From contig CAVUWY010000002.1 in assembly GCA_963745405.1 (NCBI GenBank), positions 533,013-597,012 on the forward strand: a stretch of DNA of 64,000 nt, written 5' to 3'. The notes below the pieces were generated by a model. The model was given only the letters and a program-made list of their open reading frames with translations. It did not search any database and was not told the DNA's origin. This DNA is from an uncultured Chloroflexia bacterium (GTDB lineage: Bacteria; Chloroflexota; Limnocylindria; Limnocylindrales; CSP1-4). Each line of letters starts with the position of its first letter. Position 1 is the first letter of the stretch. Both the position numbers and the translations under genes were made by a program. This document shows, piece by piece, positions 1-8,710 of this stretch.

Positions 1-539
1 TCACGGCCGGCCAGGCTCAGCGTCCGCCGGCCACCGCCGCCGATGAAGAGCGGCGGATGGGGCCGCTGCACGGGCTTCGGATAGCCGTCGTGATCGGTGA
101 TCGTGTAGTACGTGCCCCGGAACGAGAACGGGCCGTCGCCGAGGGTGCCCTTGAGGACGGCGACCGCCTCCTCGAGCCTCGCCGAGCGAACGGCGACCGG
201 CTCGAACGGAAGGCCGATCCGGTGGTATTCGGGCTTGTTCCAGCCCGCGCCGATGGCGATCTCCAGCCTGCCGCCGCTGAGGACGTCGAGCGAGGCGAGG
301 TCCTGGGCGAGGACGGCCGGGTGGCGCAGGTCGTTGTTGAGGACGAAGGGGGCGATGCGCAGACGCTCCGTCGCCGCGGCCACCGTGGCGAGGACGGGGA
401 TCGGGGCGAGCTGCTCGACGAGATGGTCGGGGAGGACCATCGCGCTGTAGCCCATCGACTCGGCGCGACGTGCCTCGGCTGCGAGCTGCCGCCCGTCGGC
501 GATCTCGCCCGGGTCGGCCAGGAAGCGGAACGGTCGCAT
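1..539 (-). CDS. LLM-class (luciferase-like) F420-dependent oxidoreductase, 3' end cut by window edge
   Basis: Hand translation of the minus strand from ATG 539-537 gives MRPFRFLADPGEIADGRQLAAEARRAESMGYSAMVLPDHL...LSGGRLEIAIGAGWNKPEYHRIGLPF...PHPPLFIGGGGRRTLSLAGR. This is the same architecture as the two complete paralogs at 1060 and 1974. It is absent from the ORF track because it runs off the edge. Confidence 0.8.
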   Translation of the reverse strand, partial: MRPFRFLADPGEIADGRQLAAEARRAESMGYSAMVLPDHLVEQLAPIPVLATVAAATERLRIAPFVLNNDLRHPAVLAQDLASLDVLSGGRLEIAIGAGWNKPEYHRIGLPFEPVAVRSARLEEAVAVLKGTLGDGPFSFRGTYYTITDHDGYPKPVQRPHPPLFIGGGGRRTLSLAGR

Positions 540-678
540 CCGCTCATTCTGGGCAGCGAGGAGGAACAGCGCCTGCCATCGCCGCCGTGCCGCGGCGACC
601 GCCACTCACCGGCCCGGCCCGGCCTGGGAATCGAAAAGGCCCCCGGCGGACCGGGGGCCTTGATGCGACGAGTCGGTG

Positions 679-912
679 TCAGCCGGCCGCGACGCTCGAA
701 GCGGCGCGGACGTTGATCGCCCGCGGACCCTTGGGGCTCTGCTCAACGTCGAACTCGACCCGCTCGCCACCGAAGAGGCGATCGAAATCGAGCGAAGGCT
801 GAAGCCCGCCTCGATGGAAGAAGTAGTCCTTGCCGTCCTCGGCGGTGATGAAACCGAAGCCGCGGTCGGAGACGACCTTCTTGACAGTGCCGGTGGTCAC
901 AGTGACCTCCAT
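679..912 (-). CDS. cold-shock domain protein (CspA family)
   Basis: Inside ORF 679..1017. ATG at 912 is preceded by GAAGGG. MEVTVTTGTVKKVVSDRGFGFITAEDGKDYFFHRGGL... carries the GFGFI RNP1-like motif of cold-shock domains. Confidence 0.9.
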   Translation of the reverse strand: MEVTVTTGTVKKVVSDRGFGFITAEDGKDYFFHRGGLQPSLDFDRLFGGERVEFDVEQSPKGPRAINVRAASSVAAG

Positions 913-1059
913 CCCTTCTCGAACCGAACAGCACGCACGGCCTGTCGAGAAGAGGGCGACCACGCGGGGCACCGCCGGGCGATCCGGCGACAAGAGAAGT
1001 CTACTCCCCTGCGGCAAGGTTCGGCCACCCTCGTGCCTCCTCGTCCCGCCGGTCGGCGA

Positions 1060-1956
1060 TCAGCTCGACGGATCGGCTGCCCGGAAGCGGCGGAGGGCTT
1101 CGACGACGACATCGACGCTCGCCTCGGTCGCGGTCGCGAGGGCGAGCTGGAGGTGATCGACGCCGAGGGCCGCCCATGTGGCGAAGCCGGCGGCCAGCGC
1201 GTCGGCCTCGAGCGGCAGGGCATGCGACAGGACCTCCCCGTCGCCGCCGTCGGTCGCGGCGACCTCGATCCCGACCGTGACGGCGAGCGTCGCCGGATCC
1301 CGGCCTTCGGCCAGGCAGGCGGCGAGAAGGTCGTCGTGGCGGGCGCGGTAGCGATCGTCGGGCAACCCGAACCAGGCGGTCTGCCAGGCATCGGCGAAGC
1401 GGGCGGTGAGCCGCAGCATCCGCTCGCCCTTGGCGGCGATGAGGATCGCCGGGGGTCGACGGGGCGGCGGCAGGATGACGGCGTCGTCGACGGCGGTCCA
1501 TCGGCCGGCCAGCGTCACCCGCTCGCCGCGGAGCAGCGGGACGATCACCTGGAGCGATTCCTCGAACCGCCCGACCCGGTGGTCGAACGGGTAGCCGAAG
1601 GCGCGATATTCGGGCTCGTGCCAGCCGCAACCGAGGCCGAGGACGAGTCGACCGCCGGCGATGTCGTCGGTCGTGGCGGCCATCTTGGCGAGCAGGCCGG
1701 CCGGCCTGAACGAGGTCGCGAGGACGAGCGTGCCGAGCTCGACCCGCTCGGTGGCGACGGCGAGGGCGGCCAGCAGGCTCCACGGCTCGTGGTAGCCGAC
1801 CTCCGGAGCCTCGGGCGGGCGGTACAGGAAGTGATCGCTCAGCCAGAGGCTGTCGACGTCGCCCGCCTCGGCATGCCGTGCGAGCGCGGACAGCTCGGCC
1901 CAGGTGCCGCCGGCGCCGTCCTCCGGAGCCTGTGGCAGGACGATCCCGACCTTCAT
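1060..1956 (-). CDS. LLM-class F420-dependent oxidoreductase
   Basis: ORF 298 aa. MKVGIVLPQ...SLWLSDHF...LGTLVLATSFRPAGLLAKMAATTDDIAGGRLVLGLGCGWHEPEYRAFGYPF is the typical luciferase-like monooxygenase / F420 oxidoreductase fold signature. Confidence 0.85.
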   Translation of the reverse strand: MKVGIVLPQAPEDGAGGTWAELSALARHAEAGDVDSLWLSDHFLYRPPEAPEVGYHEPWSLLAALAVATERVELGTLVLATSFRPAGLLAKMAATTDDIAGGRLVLGLGCGWHEPEYRAFGYPFDHRVGRFEESLQVIVPLLRGERVTLAGRWTAVDDAVILPPPRRPPAILIAAKGERMLRLTARFADAWQTAWFGLPDDRYRARHDDLLAACLAEGRDPATLAVTVGIEVAATDGGDGEVLSHALPLEADALAAGFATWAALGVDHLQLALATATEASVDVVVEALRRFRAADPSS

Positions 1957-1973
1957 CGTGTCGCGTCGCCGGC

Positions 1974-2906
1974 CTAGTCGAGTAGTCGGAGGAGCTCGCC
2001 CGCCGCGCCGATCGCCTCGACCGTCGGCAGGATGGGGTTATTGAAGGTGAAGCCCGTGAAGCCCGCCTCGAGGTACGGCCGCAACCCCTCCGCGACCTGC
2101 TCGGGCGGTCCGGCCAGCACACGTCGTTCCGGCGGCAACCGCTCGAGGAGCGCCTTCGCCGCCGCCGCGTCGACGACCGGGATCACCGGGGTGGCCATCG
2201 TCCGGGCGATGGTGGCCGGATCGCGCCCGATCTCCTCGCAGTAGCGCTCGAGGAGCTCGCTCTTGTGGCGGAGGACGTCGAGCCCGAGCGGGAACCAGTG
2301 GGTCATGTCGGCGTGGCGGGCGGCGATCCGGAGGGTCCGCTGCTCACCACCGCCGCCGACGAGGATCGGCGGCCCGCCCGGCCGGATCGGGCGCGGTGAA
2401 TTGATGGCCCGCTCGATCCGGTAGTGGCGGCCCTCGAAGGTCGGCCGGTCCTCCGTGAACAGCGCCCGGCAGATCGTCAGGGCCTCGTCGAGCCGGTCCA
2501 TCCGCTCGCCGATCGGCGGGAAGTCGAAGCCGAGACCGCGGTGCTCGTCCTCGTTCCAGGCCGCTCCGAGGCCGAGGATCGCCCGGCCGCCCGAGATGAC
2601 GTCGAGCGTGGTGACCGACTTGGCGAGCAGGGACGGGTTCCGATAGGTGACGCCCGTGACGAGGGTCCCGAGCTGGACCGTCCTCGTATGCCCGGCGAGG
2701 GCGGACAGCGTCGAATACGCCTCGAGCATCGGGTCCGTCTCCGGCCCGACGCCGCGGATCTGATAGAAGTGATCCATGACCGTGACGAGGCCGAAGCCAG
2801 CCGCCTCGGCCGCCTGGGCGAGTCCGACGACGTGATCGAAGAGCCGCTCCGGCGGCGTGTCCGGGAACGTGTAGTTCGGGATGTGATAGCCGAACAGCGG
2901 CCGCAT
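1974..2906 (-). CDS. LLM-class F420-dependent oxidoreductase
   Basis: ORF 310 aa. FGYHIPNYTF...VTVMDHFYQI...LGTLVTGVTYRNPSLLAKSVTTLDVISGGRAILGLGAAWNEDEHRGLGFDFP...PPILVGGGGEQRTLRIAARHAD. Confidence 0.85.
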   Translation of the reverse strand: MRPLFGYHIPNYTFPDTPPERLFDHVVGLAQAAEAAGFGLVTVMDHFYQIRGVGPETDPMLEAYSTLSALAGHTRTVQLGTLVTGVTYRNPSLLAKSVTTLDVISGGRAILGLGAAWNEDEHRGLGFDFPPIGERMDRLDEALTICRALFTEDRPTFEGRHYRIERAINSPRPIRPGGPPILVGGGGEQRTLRIAARHADMTHWFPLGLDVLRHKSELLERYCEEIGRDPATIARTMATPVIPVVDAAAAKALLERLPPERRVLAGPPEQVAEGLRPYLEAGFTGFTFNNPILPTVEAIGAAGELLRLLD

Positions 2907-3024
2907 GCGAGTCCTCCCCGGGGTCCGACGGTGGCGCCCAATTGTGCCGCGGGTCGCCGGATGGGGTGCGCGGGTGGCCGGGTGGGGCGTGCCCGGTTCG
3001 CCGGAGGGGGCGCTGTCGCAGTGG

Positions 3025-3378
3025 CTAGAGGAGGCCGACCACGACGTTCGAGGCCGTGCCCAGGAGGCCCATGGCGATGGCGAGGGTCGCGGCCGGGATC
3101 GCCAAGGCCGGGAAACGGATGGCCACCCGGCGGACGAGGAGGACGAGGGCGACCACGGCGATCAGCTTGAAGACCGCCGGGCCCGCCGGGCCGATGTCGG
3201 CGAAGAGCTGGCGCGCGAGGGGGTTCTCCTCGGCTCCGATGCCGGTGACGCCGACGGCCGGGATGAACGTCAGGAGGTCCGCGAGCTGGGCCGCGATGAC
3301 GGCGAGCAGGAGCGGCCGCCGATAGCGCTGGGCGACGGTCGGGGCGGGCGGTGTCTCCGGCCCGAGGAGAGCGGTCAT
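3025..3378 (-). CDS. small integral membrane protein (DUF5658-like)
   Basis: Internal ATG 3378 of ORF 3025..3564. MTALLGPE...LLLAVIAAQLADLLTFIPAVGVTGIGAEENPLARQLF...: three hydrophobic spans with the A-D-x-x-T...E-x-N-P pattern. The upstream part of the ORF is Arg/Gly-rich junk. Confidence 0.55.
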   Translation of the reverse strand: MTALLGPETPPAPTVAQRYRRPLLLAVIAAQLADLLTFIPAVGVTGIGAEENPLARQLFADIGPAGPAVFKLIAVVALVLLVRRVAIRFPALAIPAATLAIAMGLLGTASNVVVGLL

Positions 3379-3636
3379 CAGGCCGGATCGTCGCTCGGCA
3401 GGCCGCGAGACGTCCGTGGTCCTGCCGTCCTCCCCGAACCACCTTGAAGTACCGATCGCCGCGCCTGGCGACCCCGGAGCGCCCCGTTCCCGGTGCCACC
3501 CCGCACTTCCAGCACGAACGCGGTGCAGTCCGCTGCGGTGATGTGGCTTACGCCCTACTTGCACGAATGCCCCCCAGGAAGTACCAATACCCGACGCCAG
3601 AAGTACTGGCGGCCATCCCCGAAGGAGGTGACCTCG

Positions 3637-3828
3637 TTGTTGCGCCTTTGGATGCTCGCACAGAGCATCCCCGGCCGACTCACCCAGCCGCTCGTCCGAA
3701 GTGAAGGACAGGGTCTCGCCGAGTATGCACTCATCCTCGCTCTTATCGCGATCGTCGCGATCGTGGCCCTTCTCTTCCTCGGCGGTCAGGTGAGCAAAGT
3801 CCTCAGCCAGGTCGGGAAGAGCATCTAG
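3637..3828 (+). CDS. Flp family type IVb pilin
   Basis: GAAGGAGGTG at 3621..3630, then TTG 3637 (alternatives TTG 3640, ATG 3652). ...RSEGQGLAEYALILALIAIVAIVALLFLGGQVSKVLSQVGKSI has the G/xEY Flp processing and hydrophobic motif. The rest of track ORF 3493..3828 is leader. Confidence 0.8.
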   Translation: MLRLWMLAQSIPGRLTQPLVRSEGQGLAEYALILALIAIVAIVALLFLGGQVSKVLSQVGKSI

Positions 3829-3852
3829 CTCCTCTCGCGTCAGTCGACACGT

Positions 3853-3879
3853 GAGCCGGCCGGCATCGCCCGCCGGCTC
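3853..3879. terminator. GC hairpin between convergent flp and mfd
   Basis: GAGCCGGC (3853..3860) pairs with GCCGGCTC (3872..3879) across an 11-nt loop. There is no clear U-tract. Confidence 0.3.
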
Positions 3880-3888
3880 CGTCGATTC

Positions 3889-6800
3889 TCAGGCCCCAGC
3901 GTGGGCCACCGCGAGCTCGTCGGTCGAGAGGCGGGCGACGATCGCCTGGGTCAGCTGCCACGAACGTGAGCCGTCCCTCGGCAGCCGGACGCGGACCTGG
4001 TTCGAGGCGAAGGTCAGGTCGCCGGGTCGCACGCCGGGGAGCCCCGACCCGCCGAGCAGCCGCATCGCAGTCGCGCGCGACAAGCCCGCCCCGAACCGCA
4101 CAACGAGCTGGCCGTCCTCGCGGGCGATCGACGAGATGCCGGCGACCTCGGCGGCGAGTCGGAGCTCGGCGACCTCGATGAGGTGCCGGACCGGCGCTGG
4201 CGGCGGGCCGAAGCGATCGGCGACCTCCTGGCGGAAGGCGGCCAGGTCCCCGGCATCCCGGGCGCGGGCGATCCGCCGGTACAGCTCGAGCTTCTGGGCC
4301 TCGTCGGGCACGTACGAGTCGGGCAGGTGGGCGTCGACCGGCAGGTCGATGACGGCGTGCTGCGGCTCGATGACCGGCTCGCGGTCCTCGAAGGCGGCCT
4401 TCCGCTCCTCGACCGACTCGGCGAGCAGTCGGGAATAGAGGTCGAATCCGACCGCCGCCATGTGGCCCGACTGCTCGGCCCCGAGGATGTTGCCGGCGCC
4501 GCGGATCTCGAGGTCCGACAGGGCGATCTGGAACCCGGCTCCGAGCTCCGAGGCGTTGAAGATCGCCTGGAGGCGCTTGCGGGCCTCGTCCGAGAGGCGC
4601 TCCCGGCGGCGGTAGAGGAGATAGGCGTAGGCCCGCCGCGAGCTCCGCCCGACCCGGCCCCGCAGCTGGTAGAGCTGGGCGAGCCCGAGCGTATCGGCCC
4701 GGTCGATGACGATCGTGTTGGCGTTGGGGATGTCGAGGCCCGATTCGATGATGGTCGTGCAGACGAGGACGTCGGCCGCACCGTCGGCGAACGTCAGCAT
4801 CACCCGTTCGAGGAGCCCCTCGGCCATCTGGCCGTGCCCGACGACGATCCGGACGCCGGGCAGCATCGCCCGGAGCTGCTCGGCCTGGGCCTCGATCGTC
4901 TCGACCCGGTTGTGGACGTAGAAGACCTGCCCGCCGCGGTCGAGCTCGCGGAGGATCGCGTCGCGAACGAGGCCGGCCGAGGCCTCGGCGACCCGGGTCT
5001 GGATCGGCAGGCGGTCCTCCGGCGGAGTCTCGATGACGCTGAGGTCGCGGATGCCCGCGAGGGCCAGGTTGAGCGTCCGGGGGATCGGCGTCGCCGACAG
5101 GGTCAGGACGTCGACCGCGCGCGCGGAGCTGCTTGAGGCGTTCCTTGGCGGCCACGCCGAAGCGCTGTTCCTCGTCGACCACGACGAGGCCGAGGTCGCG
5201 GAAGTGGACGTCCTTGCTGAGCAGGCGATGGGTGCCGATGACGAGGTCGACGCTGCCGTCGGCCAGCCCGGCGACCGTCCGTTCCTGCTCGGCCGGCGGC
5301 ACGAACCGGGAGAGGAGGCGGACCTGGATGCGGGAACGCCCCGAACCGCTGGCTGAACGTCGCATGGTGCTGGGCGGCGAGGACGGTCGTCGGGACGAGG
5401 ACGGCCACCTGGGTGCCGTCCTGGATCGCCTTGAAGGCGGCCCGCAGGGCGACCTCCGTCTTGCCGTAGCCGACGTCGCCGACGACGAGCCGGTCCATCG
5501 GCCGGCCGGCCTCCATGTCGAGCTTGACCTCGGCGGCCGCGCGCAGCTGGTCGGGCGTCTCCTCGTACGGGAAGCTCGCCTCCATCTCCGCCTGCCACGG
5601 CGTGTCCGCGGCGAACGCGATGACCGCGGGCCTCCGCCCGGGCGGCGTAGAGGGCGAGCAGGTCGTCGGCCAGGTCCGTGACGGCCCGCTTGACCCGCTG
5701 CTTGGCCCGCAGCCACTCGGCCGCCGCCGAGCTTGCTCAGCTGGGGCCGCTCGCCGCCGGAGTAGCGGGAGACGCGGTCGATCTGCTCGACCGGGACGAA
5801 GATCTTGTCGGAGCCGGCGAAGCTCAGCTCGAGATAGTCGCGCTCCTCGCCGGCGCCACCACGCCGGAGCATGCGCTCGTAGCGGGCGATCCCGTGGTCG
5901 ATGTGGACGACCAGGTCGCCCGGCGTGAGCCGCTCGAGGACGTCGCGCGGGACGACCCGCCGCATCGCCTTGGGCCGGCGGACCCGGACGTTCCCGAACA
6001 GCTCCCGGTCGGTGACGAAGGCGAGTCCGTCCGGGCCACCGACGAAACCTCCGTTGAGACTTCGTCCCACCAGGGTGACCGAGCCTGCCGGCGGGGCTTC
6101 CTCCAGCCGCTGGACGACGGCCACCGGGCGGCCGGCCTCGGCGAGGATCTCGGCGAGGCGGACCGCCTGGTCCGACGCGAGGACGATCCGGAGGCCGTCG
6201 GCGGCCCAACGCTCGACCGCCTCGCCGAGCTGGCCGGCCCGGGTCGGCGCGAGCGACGATTCGCGCCAGCCGAAGACGTCGCCGCTGCTGAGGCCGCCAC
6301 CAGCGAGTGCCGTTTCGGTCGACGACTCGGTCTCCCACGTCAGCTCGAGCGTCCGGCCGCGGACCAGGCGGGTCTTCCAGTCGCGGGCCGGCAGGTACGT
6401 AGACGGCCAGTCCCTGGGCAGGTCCTTCGAATCCTCGAGGTCCGCGCGTCGTTCGTCCGCCTGGCGCCACAGGAACTCCGCCGCTTCGCCGATGTCGCCC
6501 GGCTCGTCGAGCACGAGAAGGGTCGATGGATCGAGATGGTCGAACCCGGTCGCCGGGCAGAGGACGCCCGCCCAGACCTCCGCGGCATCGCCCACGGCGA
6601 GGGCCCGGCTCGGAGGGGCGGTGCGTCGGGCCGGCCCGCTGCGACCGTGGTCGGCCGAGGCGCCGCCGCTACCGCCGGTCGCGCCGCCCGAGGCCTCGAA
6701 GCGGGCGAGATCCATGGCCAGGCGTTCGGGCAGTCGGGCGGCGGCCCGGCCGAGGCGCTCGCGCACCAGGGCGATGCCGCCAGCCGGCAGGAGGATCTCG

Positions 6801-7861
6801 CTGGCCGGCAGGAGGGTGACCTCGTCGACCGCACCGACCGTCCGCTGGTCGGCCGGGTCGAACTGCCGGAGCGAGTCGATCTCGTCGCCGAAGAACTCGA
6901 GCCGGATCGGCAGCGGGCTCGAGGGCGGGAAGACGTCGACGATACCGCCGCGCCGGGCGAACTCGCCCCGGCCGGCAACCTCGAGGGCGGGCACGTAACC
7001 GAGGTCGAGCAGCTCGGCGAGGAACGGCTCGAGGCCGAGTCGGGCGCCTCGCCGGAGGGTCCGCGGGACCGCCGGCAGGTCATCCGGCGCGATCGTCCGC
7101 TGCAGGAGGGCCTGGACGCTCGCGACGAGGATCCGGGCCGTGCCGGCCCGCCACGCGGCGAGGGCGGCCACCCGGGCCGCCGTCTCGTCGGGGACGAGCT
7201 CGCTGCGTTCCCAGGCGAGCGCCGTCCGTGGCTCGAGGACGGCGACCGCGGTCGGGTCGCCGAGCCAGGCACCGAGCTCCTCGGCGACCCGGTCGCCGAT
7301 CTCGGCGTCCCGGGCGATCCAGCACAGCCGTTCGCCGGCTCCGGCGAGGGCGAGAGTCGCGGCGAGATACGACTTGGCCCCGTGGGGGACCGACGTGAGG
7401 CCGGCGTGGCGGCCGCCCGGACGAAGCGGCTCGGACGGTGCGCCGAGGCGCTCGCGGAGGGACTCGAACGAGCCGCTCGCCGCCAGGAGCGGCGGCAGTG
7501 CCGCGAGGTCGGGGACGCGACGGCCGGCACCGGCCGCGGCCGCCGGCTGCGGTGGAGTCGGGACGGCGCGCGCCGGTTCGGTCGTGTCGACCGCGTTGCC
7601 GACGCGATCTGCCGTGTCGCCGGAGGCGCTCTCCCGTCCGGCAGCTCCGCGTCGGGCGTCCTCGACCGAGGCCTCGGCATCGGCGATGTCGAAGTCGACC
7701 TCGGGACGCACCTCCCGCTCCGCCAGCAGGCGATCGAGGGCGTCGGCATCGAGGCGCGCCCCGAGCCGACGCTCCGCGCCACGCTTGCCGCGCAGCTGCC
7801 CGCCAGCAGCGCCCGGGGCGGGGCGCCGACGCGGCGGTGGCGGGTCGCCGTACTTCCTCAT
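3889..7861 (-). pseudogene. mfd: transcription-repair coupling factor Mfd, disrupted by four +1 frameshifts
   Basis: Homology runs from ATG 7861 (ATGA overlap with the pth stop) to TGA 3889 but needs frame corrections near 5720, 5620, 5330 and 5120. Segments: ...[17 protein letters not shown]...SKLGG / [14 protein letters not shown]...ARGH / [24 protein letters not shown]...[16 protein letters not shown] / IQVRLLSRF...[11 protein letters not shown] / [15 protein letters not shown]...TTIIESGLDIPNANT...LYQLRGRVGRS. The track splits the gene over ORFs 3803..8737, 5103..6470 and 3889..5598. Confidence 0.85.
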
Positions 7862-8547
7862 CGCTCGTCCGTCTCGGCCGGTCGGGTCCGCCGCCAGCCC
7901 GTCCGGGTCCGCCGGATCCCGTCCGGGCCCGGCGGTCCGTCGACCGCCCCGGGCGCGGCGAGTCGATCCTCGTCGGCCGGCCGCAGCTCGAACGGATTGT
8001 GCTGGTTGGCGGCCTTGCTCGTGCCGACCCGGGCCCAGGTCTCGACGCCGTCGGCGGCCGCATCGAGCAGCTCGTCGAGGCGCTGCCGCTCGGCCGGACC
8101 GAACGTCCCGAGGACGTGGTCGACGAACCCGCGGTCGGGCGTCCCGGTGCCGACCCGCAGGCGGCTGAACTTCTCGGTCCCGAGCTCGTCGATGATCGAG
8201 CCGAGGCCGTTGTGGCCACCGGCCCCGCCGCCCTCGCGGAAGCGGAGCTTTCCGAACGGCAGGGCGAAGTCGTCGGTGACGATGAGCAGGTCGGCCAGCG
8301 GCGCGTGCTCGCGGGCGAGGACCTTGCGGACGGCGATGCCGCTGTCGTTCATGAAGGTCAGCGGTTTGACGAGGGTCAGGTCGAGGCCGTGGTAGCGACC
8401 GGCGACGACGGCGCTCGCGTCCTTCGTCCGGCCCTTGCCGTCCCAACCGGCCCGGTCGGCCAGTCGGTCGAGGACCATCCAGCCGATGTTGTGACGCGTC
8501 TGGGCGTACTGGTTGCCCGGATTCCCCAGGCCCACGACGATCTTCAC
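7858..8547 (-). CDS. pth: peptidyl-tRNA hydrolase
   Basis: VKIVVGLGNPG...TRHNIGW...FMNDSG...DDFALPFGKLRFREGGGAGGHNGL. GTG 8547 lies 4 nt after GGAGG (8556..8552). The track ORF starts further up at GTG 8580. There is a C-terminal extension of about 40 aa relative to typical Pth. Confidence 0.9.
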   Translation of the reverse strand: MKIVVGLGNPGNQYAQTRHNIGWMVLDRLADRAGWDGKGRTKDASAVVAGRYHGLDLTLVKPLTFMNDSGIAVRKVLAREHAPLADLLIVTDDFALPFGKLRFREGGGAGGHNGLGSIIDELGTEKFSRLRVGTGTPDRGFVDHVLGTFGPAERQRLDELLDAAADGVETWARVGTSKAANQHNPFELRPADEDRLAAPGAVDGPPGPDGIRRTRTGWRRTRPAETDER

Positions 8548-8710
8548 CGAGCCTCCGGCAGCGCGTGGCCTGCTGGTCACGCCGAACGGCCCGGTTCCGT
8601 GCGGACCGGGCTACCGGCGATGGTAGCAGCGCAGTCGGAGCCGGTCGGACCCGTGAAACAGGCGGACCGGCCCGGGCCGGATCCGGCGAGTTCGAAATAG
8701 ACTCGGACCG

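Noticed and set aside
3559-3587. Sigma-70-like promoter TTGCAC-17-TACCAA upstream of flp
   Set aside because: The -10 hexamer is weak and I cannot score it against a lineage-specific model. It is mentioned in a finding but not listed as a feature.
5100-5740. Programmed ribosomal frameshifting in mfd
   Set aside because: There are four separate +1 events within 600 nt. None has a slippery heptamer or a downstream structure, and no precedent exists for Mfd. Sequencing error or pseudogenisation is far more parsimonious.
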